64,000 bases of DNA from Dehalococcoidia bacterium (GTDB lineage: Bacteria > Chloroflexota > Dehalococcoidia > Bin125). The stretch is taken from the NCBI GenBank assembly GCA_963663235.2, contig CAXXNO010000002.1:13340-77339 (forward strand). Reading direction: 5' to 3'. Under the pieces are notes generated by a model, which made no database searches, was not told the origin of the DNA, and saw only the letters and a program-made list of their open reading frames with translations. The position numbers and the translations under genes were made by a program. Positions 21,039 through 30,782 of the stretch are shown here, one piece after another (within the stretch, counting starts at the first letter, position 1; the number at the start of each line of letters is the position of its first letter).

Positions 21039-21685
21039 GGGCGCTGATCTCGCGGCTGCGGCGCGAGCTTGGGCGTCGTTCTGGTCCGCCCCAGCGTGGG
21101 CTCCGTCCCTTTCAGGAGACGCACGATATTGTCCCGGTGCGAGATGGAGATGATCACGAAGGCTCCCACAGCGTAGGCATAGTACGCGGTGGGCTCGTCG
21201 GCGAACGCGACCAGCAACGCTTGGGTGAGAGCGCCGCCCGCCAAGGCCACGAGGGTGCTCAGGGACATGACGCGCGTGGTGGCCAGCAGGCCGATGGTCA
21301 GTCCCGCGGCCACTGCCCCGGCCAGCGGCGTGAGGACAAGGATCGCGCCCAGGGCGGTCGCGCCGCCGCGGCCGCCGCGGAACCCGGCGAGGAGCGGATA
21401 GATGTGTCCCGTGATCGCGGCCAGCCCGGCGAGCGCTTCGGCGGTTGGGCTATCCCAGACCAGGTAGACGATGAGCACCGGGAGGGCGCCCTTGGAGACG
21501 TCCAAGCCGAGGACCAGGAGGGACCACTTCTTGCCCAGGCGTCGCAGGGTGTTGGTCGCGCCGGTCTTGCCGCTGCCCACCTGCCGCAGGTCGACTCCGC
21601 CCACCACGCGGCCGATCCACAGCCCCACCGGGATGGAGCCCAGCAGATAGCCCACCAGCAGGGCGGTGACCCAGGCTTCAGCCAT
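21035..21685 (-). CDS. plsY: Glycerol-3-phosphate acyltransferase PlsY
   Basis: YLLGSIP, GSGKTGATN, D..KG, GH.YP, FRGGRG, HRDNI. Confidence 0.95.
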   Translation of the reverse strand: MAEAWVTALLVGYLLGSIPVGLWIGRVVGGVDLRQVGSGKTGATNTLRRLGKKWSLLVLGLDVSKGALPVLIVYLVWDSPTAEALAGLAAITGHIYPLLAGFRGGRGGATALGAILVLTPLAGAVAAGLTIGLLATTRVMSLSTLVALAGGALTQALLVAFADEPTAYYAYAVGAFVIISISHRDNIVRLLKGTEPTLGRTRTTPKLAPQPRDQRP

Positions 21686-23027
21686 TGGGCTCACCCCGCT
21701 TGCGCAGGATCAGCCGCAGGGCGGCGCCCTCGAACCCGAACTCGGATCGAATCCGTCGCTCCAGGAAGCGCTGATAGGAGAAATGCACGCCGTCAGGATA
21801 GTTAACGAAGAGGAGGAAGGTGGGCGGCTCCACGCCGGTCTGCGTGGCGTAGAAGATTTTGACGGCGCGGCCATGCACCGCGCCGGGCGGATGCTCGATG
21901 GTGGCCCGCTTCAACAGGGCGTTGAGCTTCCCGGTTGGGATCCGCCGACGGCGCTCTTCCGCGACGGTCACCGCGGTGCGCAGCAGCGTCTCCAGGTTGC
22001 GGCGCGTGAGGGCGGACGACCAGATCGCCGGCGCCCAGGGGACGAAACGCGCCCGCCAGCGCAATTGCCGCGCCCGGCGATCAAGCACCTCCGCATCGTC
22101 TTTAATCAGGTCGCTCTTGTTGAGCACCAAGATGAGACCGCGGGCGGCCTCCAGCGCCGCCCCCAAGATGTGCATATCCTGCGCCACGATGTCTTGCGAC
22201 GCGTCCAGCACGACCGCTACCACGTCGGCCCGCCCGATGGCCCGGCGGGCGCGTGTGACCGCCGCGCGTTCCACGCCTCGTCCGAGCCTGCCCGGGCGCC
22301 GGATGCCCGCCGTGTCCACCAGCACGATCTTCTTGCCGTCCATCTCCAGCGCGGTGTCTACGGCATCGCGCGTGGTGCCGGGCTCCGCGGCGACGATCAT
22401 GCGCTCTTCTTGGAGCATGGCGTTCACCAGTGAGGATTTCCCCACGTTGGGCCGCCCAACGATCGCGAGGCGGCAGCTGACAGTGTCGTCGCGGGCCGGG
22501 GCCTGCGGCAGCCGTTCTACGACGCGGTCCAGCAGGTCGCCGACGCCGAGCCCGTGCAAGGCGCTCACGGTCTGCGGCTCGCCGAGGCCCAGCCGAAAGA
22601 ACTCGCCGGTCTCGGCCTCCAGGGCGGCGTTGTCGGCCTTGTTGAGCACGAGGTAGACGGGCTGCGACGCCTGACGCAGCAACGCCGCGACATCGTGGTC
22701 CAGCGGTAACACCCCTGTTTGCACGTCCAGCACGAAGAAGATCGCGTCCGCCTCCTCCAGCGCCTGGCCCACCTGCTCGCTGATGGGCGTGGCGTAGGGG
22801 CCGGACACGGCCTCGCCCATCAAGCCGCCCGTGTCCACGACGGCGAACGTCAGTCCATGCCAGGCTGCCTCGCCGTAGTGGCGGTCGCGGGTGGTGCCGG
22901 CTTCCTCCTCCACGATCGCCTGCCGCCGGCCCACGATCCGGTTGAAGAGCGAAGACTTGCCCACGTTGGGACGGCCCACGATCGCGACCAGCGGCAGCCC
23001 GCTTTTGGCAGGGGCGGCGAGGGTCAT
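21678..23027 (-). CDS. der: Ribosome biogenesis GTPase Der
   Basis: Two GRPNVGKSS GTPase domains plus KH-like C-terminus. Confidence 0.97.
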   Translation of the reverse strand: MTLAAPAKSGLPLVAIVGRPNVGKSSLFNRIVGRRQAIVEEEAGTTRDRHYGEAAWHGLTFAVVDTGGLMGEAVSGPYATPISEQVGQALEEADAIFFVLDVQTGVLPLDHDVAALLRQASQPVYLVLNKADNAALEAETGEFFRLGLGEPQTVSALHGLGVGDLLDRVVERLPQAPARDDTVSCRLAIVGRPNVGKSSLVNAMLQEERMIVAAEPGTTRDAVDTALEMDGKKIVLVDTAGIRRPGRLGRGVERAAVTRARRAIGRADVVAVVLDASQDIVAQDMHILGAALEAARGLILVLNKSDLIKDDAEVLDRRARQLRWRARFVPWAPAIWSSALTRRNLETLLRTAVTVAEERRRRIPTGKLNALLKRATIEHPPGAVHGRAVKIFYATQTGVEPPTFLLFVNYPDGVHFSYQRFLERRIRSEFGFEGAALRLILRKRGEPNG

Positions 23028-24256
23028 GGCTCCTCCACCACGAGCGTGACCTGCACGTCGCCGGGAATGACCGTCACCGTGACTCCGGGCGGCGCTTCCA
23101 CTTCCACGCGCAGGGAATGCTCACCAGGCTCGAGGTCGGCGGCGCTCACGGACACCTGCCGCAGCCGCTGGATGAGATCCGCGACGTCGGGCGCCGGGCC
23201 ATCCATGACGACGGTGACGAGCACCGGCTCGACCGTGGCGCTGAGCCCCTCCGCGAGGTCCGTCACCACCAGCGGGAGCTCCAACGCCGTCGCCAGCACC
23301 AGCGGCTCCACTTGCACCCGCACCCGCACGATCGTTTCTTCTTCCAACGCCAGCCCGCCCGGCGGGAGCAAGTCCACGTCCGCGACCAGGTCCGCGTCGG
23401 CGCCTTCCACCGAGACGGCCGCGGTTGGGACGCTGCCGACGCGCTCGAGCGCCTCCAGCGTGCCGACCACCACCACGCTCAAGGGGTCGACGTCCACGGT
23501 CAGCACCCGATATCCGGCCGCCGGCCTGCCCACGATCTGCGGCTCAACGGCCACCGACCGGCGGAACGTCAGTTGCTGGATGGGGATTCGAACCTCCACG
23601 GCGGACGGCTGAATCAGCAGGCCGCTCACGGCCGCGCCCGTGGCGGTGCGGGCCTGGAGCGTGGTGGTCAAGGCCACGTCCACCGTCGCGCCGCGCAGGT
23701 CGACCGCCGCCACCACCTCGTCGACCAGTTCGACGAGTTGCCGAATCCCGCTCACCGTCACCGTCTCCAGGGACAGCTGCGGCGCGCCCACTTCGAACCC
23801 CAGCGGCGGGGGGTTCCCCACCGCCACCGTGATCGCGAGCGTCCGCTCCTCCACCGGCTCCAGGATGACGTTCACCGACTCCGGGACCACCGCGCGCACC
23901 CGCACGCCGTCGGCCAGCGACTGAACGCGGACCGGTACCAAGTGCTCACCCACTTCCAGCGCCGTCAGGTCGACCGTCGTCGCGAAGTCCTCCGGCGTCA
24001 CGCCGGCGATGTCGGACTCTTCGCCCGCGATGGTGATCGAGGCCGTTGGGAAGCGGTTCGCCAAGGCCAGGCCGTTGGGCGTGTTGACCGCGTCGATCAC
24101 CAGGCCGAAGCCCAGCCGCTCCTCGATGGTCTCGACCTGCGCATCGGTCACCAGGAACCAGATCACCAGCGCCAGCGCCACCGCCACCAGCGCCAGCAGC
24201 AGGTTGACCCCGGCGCGCCGCCAGCGCAGCCGCCATGGGGCGGGCCAGCGGATCAT
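23024..24256 (-). CDS. cdaR: CdaR/YbbR-domain diadenylate cyclase regulator
   Basis: N-terminal TM followed by repeated beta-rich YbbR-like domains; directly downstream of cdaA. Confidence 0.88.
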   Translation of the reverse strand: MIRWPAPWRLRWRRAGVNLLLALVAVALALVIWFLVTDAQVETIEERLGFGLVIDAVNTPNGLALANRFPTASITIAGEESDIAGVTPEDFATTVDLTALEVGEHLVPVRVQSLADGVRVRAVVPESVNVILEPVEERTLAITVAVGNPPPLGFEVGAPQLSLETVTVSGIRQLVELVDEVVAAVDLRGATVDVALTTTLQARTATGAAVSGLLIQPSAVEVRIPIQQLTFRRSVAVEPQIVGRPAAGYRVLTVDVDPLSVVVVGTLEALERVGSVPTAAVSVEGADADLVADVDLLPPGGLALEEETIVRVRVQVEPLVLATALELPLVVTDLAEGLSATVEPVLVTVVMDGPAPDVADLIQRLRQVSVSAADLEPGEHSLRVEVEAPPGVTVTVIPGDVQVTLVVEEP

Positions 24257-24257
24257 G

Positions 24258-25088
24258 CTACGCCCTCCTGCGGTGGGCCCGCAGCCGCAGTTCGCGCGCC
24301 GTGCCGTTGGTCAACATGGCCAGATGGGCGTGCAGGCCCTCGCCACTCAGCCGGGGCGAGAGCCGCCCATCGTTCGCCACCGAGATTGCGCCCGTCTCCT
24401 CCGATACCACCACCACCACCGCGTCCGTCTGTTCGCTGATGCCGAGCGCCGCGCGATGCCGCAGCCCCAGATGCCGCGCTTGGCGGCTTGGCTCCGCCGA
24501 CACGGGCAGCGTGCAGGCGGCGGCCACGACCCGCTCGGGGCGCAGCACCACGGCGCCATCGTGGAGGGGTGAGTGGGGGTAGAAGATCCCCTTCAGCAGC
24601 TCTGGCGTCGGCAGCGCATCCACCGCGACCCCCGTGTCGGCGATCTCCTGGAGGCCGGTTTCGCGCTCGATCACCATGAGCGCCCCGGTGTGTTGTTGCG
24701 CCAGGTCATCCGCCGCTCTGGCCACCACCTGGATGAGCGGCTCGTACGTCTCCCGCCCCAGGCCGATCCAGGATCGCACGCCCGCGCGCCCCACCCGCTC
24801 CAAGGCGCGCCGGAACTCGGGCTGGAACACGATCAGCACGAACAGCACCAGCAGGGTCAGGGCGTTGTTCACCAGCCAGTTCAGGACCCCCAGATCGAAG
24901 ACGCGGGCCACGACCACGATGGCCACCGTGACGATGGCGACCCCGCGGACGACCGGCATCGCCGTGGTGCCGTGCACCACGCGCAGCAGGGCGAAGATGA
25001 CCAGGGCGAGGATCGCCACCTCCAACACGCCCGCCCAGCCGAAGCCGGAGAACGCGTCGGCGATGTCGTCAAAGAGGTCGTCTTCCAT
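24258..25088 (-). CDS. cdaA: Diadenylate cyclase CdaA
   Basis: 3 TM helices, FQPEFRRALE, PLHDGA, GLRHRAA, VSEETG. Confidence 0.95.
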   Translation of the reverse strand: MEDDLFDDIADAFSGFGWAGVLEVAILALVIFALLRVVHGTTAMPVVRGVAIVTVAIVVVARVFDLGVLNWLVNNALTLLVLFVLIVFQPEFRRALERVGRAGVRSWIGLGRETYEPLIQVVARAADDLAQQHTGALMVIERETGLQEIADTGVAVDALPTPELLKGIFYPHSPLHDGAVVLRPERVVAAACTLPVSAEPSRQARHLGLRHRAALGISEQTDAVVVVVSEETGAISVANDGRLSPRLSGEGLHAHLAMLTNGTARELRLRAHRRRA

Positions 25089-25214
25089 CCGACGCTCCGG
25101 GAGCCCGAACCGGTGGCCGCTCGCTCCCGGCCACATCTTTCTGAACGCGGCGTGCGCCGTTGACAGCGGCTACAGGACCGCCCGTGCGCTCTCGCCGACG
25201 CGCCGAGGCCAATT

Positions 25215-26132
25215 CTAGCGCAGGAGATGCCAGAGCAGCGCCTGCTGCGCGTGCATGCGGTTCTCCGCCTGATCAAACACCACCGACTGGGCGCCCTCGA
25301 TCACCTCATCCGTGATCTCCTCGCCGCGGTGCGCCGGCAGGTCATGCATCACGATCGCGGAGCGCTTGGCGCAGGCCAGCAGTGAGGCGGAGAGCTGATA
25401 GCCCGCAAAGATCTTGCGCCGCGCCGCGGCCTCCGCCTCCTGCCCCATGCTGGTCCAGACATCGGTGTAGACCACGTCCGCGCCGTCGACGGCTTCCCGG
25501 GGATCTTCCAGGGAGCGGAAGCTGCCGCCGGAGTCCGCCGCCCGGCGTGACGCCGCCTCAGCGCTGGGCGTATCGAGGGCGTAGCTCGCTGGTGAGGCAA
25601 GGCGGACGTGCATCCCCATCGACGTGGCGGCCAGCGCCAGCGAGCGCGCCACGTTGTTGCCGTCGCCGACGTAGGCCAGGACGCGACCGCGAGCGCCGCC
25701 GTGCTCTTGGATCGTCACGAGGTCCGCCAGCGCCTGGCAGGGATGCTCCCAGTCGGAGAGGGCGTTGATCACCGGCACCCCGGCGTAGGCGGCCAACTCC
25801 ACGAGTATCTCTTGCGCGAAAGTGCGGCAGGCAATGGCGTCGCAGTAGCGGCCGAGGACGCGCGCCACGTCCTTGACCGGCTCGCGCACGCCCAAGCCCA
25901 CCTCCGCCGGCGAGAGGTAGAGCGCCTCACCCCCGAGCCGGCGCATCGCCTGCTCGAAAGAGACGCGGGTGCGCAACGACGGTTTGTCAAACAGCAGCGC
26001 CAAGGTTTTCCCGCCCAGCGCCCGGCGATGCGATCCGGTCGCGTCCGCTTTCTGCGCTTGCGCGGTCTCGACGAGCGTCGTGATCTCCGTCGCCGTCAGA
26101 TCGGCGATGCCGAGAAGCGATCGGCCCATCAT
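25215..26132 (-). CDS. argF: Ornithine carbamoyltransferase
   Basis: SLRTR, HPCQ, GDGNN, DVWTSMG, HDLP, QAENR; GGAGGA SD upstream of the ATG. Confidence 0.95.
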   Translation of the reverse strand: MMGRSLLGIADLTATEITTLVETAQAQKADATGSHRRALGGKTLALLFDKPSLRTRVSFEQAMRRLGGEALYLSPAEVGLGVREPVKDVARVLGRYCDAIACRTFAQEILVELAAYAGVPVINALSDWEHPCQALADLVTIQEHGGARGRVLAYVGDGNNVARSLALAATSMGMHVRLASPASYALDTPSAEAASRRAADSGGSFRSLEDPREAVDGADVVYTDVWTSMGQEAEAAARRKIFAGYQLSASLLACAKRSAIVMHDLPAHRGEEITDEVIEGAQSVVFDQAENRMHAQQALLWHLLR

Positions 26133-26157
26133 GAAAGGAGTCCTCCGAGTGGACGGT

Positions 26158-26166
26158 ACTATACCA
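26158..26166 (-). promoter_or_regulatory. Putative extended -10 (TGG-TATAGT) of argF
   Basis: TGnTATAGT just upstream of the argF SD. Confidence 0.5.
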
Positions 26167-26245
26167 TCCAGCGCACGGCGCTTCGCCGTTGGCATCGCCG
26201 GTGGCGCGCCGGCGCGGCGCCCGGGGATGCGGGAAGGACGGGCGC

Positions 26246-26791
26246 ATGCGCGCGCTCTCGCGCCAGCCCGTCTGGTGGCCGGCCACGGCGCTGTTTCTCC
26301 TGCTGATCGCCGGTCTCGCGGCGCTCGCCGCCGATCCCGGCGCGTCGGGCGGTCCGGCGCAGATCCTGCCAGCGGAGCAGCGCGTCATCCGCGTGCACGT
26401 CAGCGGTGCGGTGGCCGCACCCGGCGACTACCAACTCGCCGCCGCCGCCAGCGTGGGCGACGCCATCGCCGCCGCCGGCGGGTTGGCGCCGGATGCCGGC
26501 AGTGACTCCGCGATGGAGCTCCGCCTTTTCGACGGCGCCTCCGTCTTCGTCGGGCGCGCGGAGGGCGGACCGCCGTCCAGGCCTCAGCCCATCAGCCACC
26601 GCATTGATCTGAACCGCGCCTCGGCGGCGGAGCTGGTGGCGCTGCCGGGCATCGGGCCGGGCCGCGCGCAGGCGTTGATCGAAGCACGGGCGGCGCGGCC
26701 GGTCGCCTCGCTGCAAGACGTCGTCGACCGCGGGATCTGGCCGCACTCCGCGGCCGAGCAAGTGCAGGCGTTCGTCGGAGTCGCTCCGTGA
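26246..26791 (+). CDS. comEA: ComEA DNA-uptake receptor
   Basis: TM, SLBB ([11 protein letters not shown]), Hh[20 protein letters not shown]. Confidence 0.9.
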   Translation: MRALSRQPVWWPATALFLLLIAGLAALAADPGASGGPAQILPAEQRVIRVHVSGAVAAPGDYQLAAAASVGDAIAAAGGLAPDAGSDSAMELRLFDGASVFVGRAEGGPPSRPQPISHRIDLNRASAAELVALPGIGPGRAQALIEARAARPVASLQDVVDRGIWPHSAAEQVQAFVGVAP

Positions 26792-29199
26792 CGGCCTCAC
26801 TTGCCGCGGCGCCCCTGATGCTGGCCTCACTGGCCTTCGTCGCCGGGGTCGCGACGGCGACCGGCTTCGCATCGACGGCGGTGGAGCTCGGCGTGTTGGC
26901 AGGGATCGCCGCCGCGGGCGGGGTCATCGCGTCCCAGCGCCAACGCTGTTTGCTGGCGCTGGGGCTGCTGCTGCCGTTGCTCTTCGCCGCCGGTCTGGGA
27001 CGGGCGGACGATGGCGCTCCGCAGCCGGGCAGCATCGCCGACCTGACAGGCCGTCGCTTGGAGATCACCGGCGTTCTGTTGGAGGACGCGGCGCGCGGTG
27101 GCCGCGATCAAGAGTTGCGGCTGGCGGCGGAATCGGTCGCCCTCGGCAGCGAGCGTCTGCGCGTCGAGGGCACGGTGCTGCTCCGTGCCCCGCTGGGCCC
27201 GTCCTACCGCTACGGCGATCGCGTTCGCGTCATCGTGACGCTGCGGGCGTTGCCCGACGATCGCGCCAGCGCCTTTCGCGATTTCCTGGCGGATCGGGGG
27301 ATCAGCGCCACCGGAACGGCCGGCGACGTCACCGTCCTGGAACGTGACCAAGGCGATCCCTTGCGGGCCGCGGTCACCGCCGCCCGGCGCGACGTGGACC
27401 AGGCACTCGCTCGGGCGCTGGACGAGCCCCTGGCGGGGCTGGCACAGGGCATCGCGACCGGCCGGCGGGACACGCTGAACCCGGCCCTGCGCGCCGATCT
27501 CAACGCCACCAGCCTCTCGCACTTGGTGGTGATCTCGGGGAGCAACGTTGTCATCCTGGCCACGCTGATCGTGGCCGGCTTGGCGTGGATCATCGGGCGG
27601 CGCTGGGCGGTCTTCGTGGCGCTGGCGTCGATCGGGGTATACACGGTTTTCGTCGGCGCCGACGCTCCGGTCGTGCGCGCCGCGATCATGGCGACGATGT
27701 TCCTGCTCGCGGGCGTGCTGGGCCGCCGCGGGAGCGCGGCGCCCGCGGTGGCCTTCACAGCAGCGATCATGCTCGCGATCACGCCGGGCACCATCACCGA
27801 CCTATCGTTCCAGCTCTCGTTCGCGGCAACATCGGCGCTGGCGGTGCTCGCCTCGCCTCTGCACGAGCGGATGACGCAGTGGATCGGGCTGCATCCGGAG
27901 TCGCAGGGCTTCAGCCCGACGGTGGCGCGCACGCTGCTGGAAACGGCGGTCGTGACGGTGGCCGCGACGGCGGCCACGCTGCCACTCATCGCGCTGCACT
28001 TCGAGCGGATCTCGATCGTGGCGCTGCCGGCGAACCTGCTCGTCGCGCCGATCTTCCCGTTCCTGTTCCTGGGCAGCCTGATCACCGGGATAGCGGGCGC
28101 AATCTCGGAATCGCTTGGGGAGAGCGTGGGCTGGGTCGCCGCCTGGCTGCCGCTGTCCTGGTTTGTCGAGGTTGGCGAAGGGCTGGCGGACCTGCCGTTC
28201 GCGTCGGCGCGGATCGACGGATTCGGCCTGGAGCATGCGTTCGTCCTGTACGGCGCGCTCGTAGCCGTCGGCGTCTGGCTCCACCGCCGCCGCCCGGCCC
28301 CGTCGCCGGCGGCGGCGCGCACCCTAGCGGGCCTCCAGCGTCCGTTGCCCTGGCTCGCGGCCGGGGTGCTGGTGGCGACGAACGTCGTGGTCTGGTGGGC
28401 GGTCGCCGCCGGGAGCGACGGCGCCTTGACCGTGCACGCCCTGGACGTGGGGCAAGGCGACGCGATCCTGATCCAGGCGCCCTCCGGCCGGACCATCCTG
28501 ATCGACGGGGGGGCCAACGAACGGACGCTGATCGAGGAGTTGAGCGAGGCGCTGCCCGCCGGTCACCGCGAAATCGACCTCGTGGTGGCAACCCATCCGC
28601 AGGCGGACCACATCAGCGGTCTTTTCGCCGTCCTCGATCGCTACCGTGTCGGGGCGCTCTTGGTGACGCCGGAGAACGAGCGGACGGCTGCAGGACGACG
28701 ACTAGCCGCGGCCGCGCGCGAACGCGGGGTGCCCGTGCAAGCGCTGGCCCTGGGTGACCGGCTGCTGCTGGCCGATGACATCACCCTGGACGTGATCGCG
28801 CCAGCGCCCTCGCTGGGGCTGGACAGCAGTTCCGCGATCAACGACGGCGGACTGGTCCTGCGTCTGATCCACGGCGAGGTGCAGTTCCTCCTGGCGGCCG
28901 ACATCGAAGCGGCGGGGGAGCTGGCGCTGGCGCTGGGCCCCGGCGACCTCCGCGCTACGGTGCTCAAAGTGGCCCACCATGGCAGTCGCTCTTCCACCAC
29001 GGACCTGCTGCTGCGCCGGGTTCAGCCGGCGATCGTGGTGATCAGCGCCGGCGCCGGCAATCGCTTCGGCCACCCGCATGCGGAGGTGCTGGACCGGCTG
29101 TCGGGGGCCACGCTGCTGCGCACCGACCACCTGGGCACCATCACCTTCCGCTCCGACGGCGCGACGCTCCGTTATCACAGCGAACGCTCCCCTCCCTGA
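26788..29199 (+). CDS. comEC: ComEC/Rec2 DNA internalization channel
   Basis: SHLVVISGSN, SFQLSF, C-terminal MBL DVGQGD, THPQADH, HHGS, FGHPH. Confidence 0.95.
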   Translation: MTASLAAAPLMLASLAFVAGVATATGFASTAVELGVLAGIAAAGGVIASQRQRCLLALGLLLPLLFAAGLGRADDGAPQPGSIADLTGRRLEITGVLLEDAARGGRDQELRLAAESVALGSERLRVEGTVLLRAPLGPSYRYGDRVRVIVTLRALPDDRASAFRDFLADRGISATGTAGDVTVLERDQGDPLRAAVTAARRDVDQALARALDEPLAGLAQGIATGRRDTLNPALRADLNATSLSHLVVISGSNVVILATLIVAGLAWIIGRRWAVFVALASIGVYTVFVGADAPVVRAAIMATMFLLAGVLGRRGSAAPAVAFTAAIMLAITPGTITDLSFQLSFAATSALAVLASPLHERMTQWIGLHPESQGFSPTVARTLLETAVVTVAATAATLPLIALHFERISIVALPANLLVAPIFPFLFLGSLITGIAGAISESLGESVGWVAAWLPLSWFVEVGEGLADLPFASARIDGFGLEHAFVLYGALVAVGVWLHRRRPAPSPAAARTLAGLQRPLPWLAAGVLVATNVVVWWAVAAGSDGALTVHALDVGQGDAILIQAPSGRTILIDGGANERTLIEELSEALPAGHREIDLVVATHPQADHISGLFAVLDRYRVGALLVTPENERTAAGRRLAAAARERGVPVQALALGDRLLLADDITLDVIAPAPSLGLDSSSAINDGGLVLRLIHGEVQFLLAADIEAAGELALALGPGDLRATVLKVAHHGSRSSTTDLLLRRVQPAIVVISAGAGNRFGHPHAEVLDRLSGATLLRTDHLGTITFRSDGATLRYHSERSPP

Positions 29200-29237
29200 A
29201 CGCGACGCTCGGTGCTGGTCCCGGTACACTCTCTGCC

Positions 29238-29975
29238 ATGACCCGCGCCGACGGCCGAACGCCCACCGAGATCCGTCCGGTGACGATGCATCCGGGATAC
29301 GTGGTGCATCCAGAGGGATCCGTGTTGATCGAGACGGGGCTCACTCGCGTTCTCTGCACGGTGTCGACGGAGGAGCGTGTGCCCGCCTTTCTGCGCGGTA
29401 CCAGCGCCGGCTGGGTGACGGCCGAGTACGGCATGTTGCCGCGCAGCACCAACACGCGCACGCCGCGCGAGGCCTCCCGCACCGGCGGGCGCACGCAGGA
29501 GATCCAGCGGCTGATCGGCCGCAGCCTGCGAGCGGTCACGAATCTGGACATCCTGGGAGAGCGCACCTTCACCGTCGATTGTGACGTCATTCAGGCCGAC
29601 GGCGGCACGCGCACGGCGGCGATCACCGGCGGATTCGTGGCGCTCTCCCTGGCCATGCACAAGCTGGTGGCGGCCGGCATCTACAGCGCGCTGCCGTTGA
29701 ATGAGGCAGTCGCCGCCACGAGCGTGGGGCTGGTGGAAGGCGCAGCGCTCCTGGACCTCACGTACGCCGAGGATTCCGGCGCCGACGTCGACTTCAACGT
29801 GGTCAAGACGGCGGGCGGCGACTATGTCGAGGTGCAAGGAACCGCCGAGGGCGAGCCGTTCCCGCGTCGATTGCTGGACAGCATCCTGGACGTCGCCGAC
29901 GAGGGCTTGGAGGTCCTCTTCCGCCTGCAACGGGAGACCATCGAGCGCGCGGTCGCGGCCGACGCTCAGGCGTAA
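29238..29975 (+). CDS. rph: Ribonuclease PH
   Basis: RADGR, GWVTAEYGMLPRST, EIQRLIGRSLR, QADGGTRTA, EVQGTAE. Confidence 0.97.
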   Translation: MTRADGRTPTEIRPVTMHPGYVVHPEGSVLIETGLTRVLCTVSTEERVPAFLRGTSAGWVTAEYGMLPRSTNTRTPREASRTGGRTQEIQRLIGRSLRAVTNLDILGERTFTVDCDVIQADGGTRTAAITGGFVALSLAMHKLVAAGIYSALPLNEAVAATSVGLVEGAALLDLTYAEDSGADVDFNVVKTAGGDYVEVQGTAEGEPFPRRLLDSILDVADEGLEVLFRLQRETIERAVAADAQA

Positions 29976-30622
29976 TCGCCCAGGAACGTCCCGCCCAGCA
30001 CGTGCACGTGCCCCAGCTCCCCGCCCGGCAGGAGAACGTCGCCCGGGAAGTTGGAGACCAACCGAAACCCGTTGGGACTCAGGGACCAACCGGTATCAAC
30101 GATGTCCGCTCCGAACCGGCGGATGTCGCTCCATAGTTCAGCCTGCGGCTGCGCGGGTCCCGCCGGGACGGACAGGACGGTCACCGGCGCCTCGGGAACG
30201 AACGGCCGCTCGTCGTAGAAGACGGCGTGCTCCGTCCGGGAGATCTCGTGCTCACGCTTCGCCACGACCTGGACGATCGGCCGTCGCGGCTGCTCTCGCA
30301 GCTCCAGTTGCGCCTCGGTGCCATCGAGGATATGGATGTGGCCGTGGGGCTGGCTCTGCATGGCCAGTTGCCCGAAGTTGGAGACCAGCCGGAAGCCGTC
30401 GGAGGCGTGCTCGCGGCCCATCTGCGCGGCTACCCTCCCCACCGGGCCCAGGTCTTCCCACAGCTCGCTCTGGGTGCGATGCGTCTTGGGCACGGCCAGC
30501 AGCATGACCCGCGACCAGCCCAGGACGTTCTCGAAGACGATCACGTCCCGGTCCTCGTAGCGGACCTTGGCCGGCTCACGGCCCTCAGCGATGGCGCAGA
30601 ACGTGCAGTTGCGGCTCATCAT
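29966..30622 (-). CDS. Tandem two-domain HIT-family protein
   Basis: CTFC, PKTH, HGHIHILDG; second internal copy ending GFRLVSNF...GHVHVLGG. Confidence 0.85.
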   Translation of the reverse strand: MMSRNCTFCAIAEGREPAKVRYEDRDVIVFENVLGWSRVMLLAVPKTHRTQSELWEDLGPVGRVAAQMGREHASDGFRLVSNFGQLAMQSQPHGHIHILDGTEAQLELREQPRRPIVQVVAKREHEISRTEHAVFYDERPFVPEAPVTVLSVPAGPAQPQAELWSDIRRFGADIVDTGWSLSPNGFRLVSNFPGDVLLPGGELGHVHVLGGTFLGDYA

Positions 30623-30677
30623 GGGAGCGGCCCGCCGGGCGGGCCGGCCGCGAGTGTATGCGTGCCTCCCGCTTTCA

Positions 30678-30717
30678 ATCAACGCAGCCGGGCAATCATC
30701 AACGCAGCCGGGCAATC
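30678..30717. repeat. Perfect 20-bp tandem duplication
   Basis: atcaacgcagccgggcaatc x2 in the HIT/DUF1015 divergent intergenic region. Confidence 0.9.
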
Positions 30718-30782
30718 GACGCAGGCGGGCGCGGCCCGCTGCTATGCTCCCTCTCGAACGCCGAAGTCTGAGGGAGGTCCCA

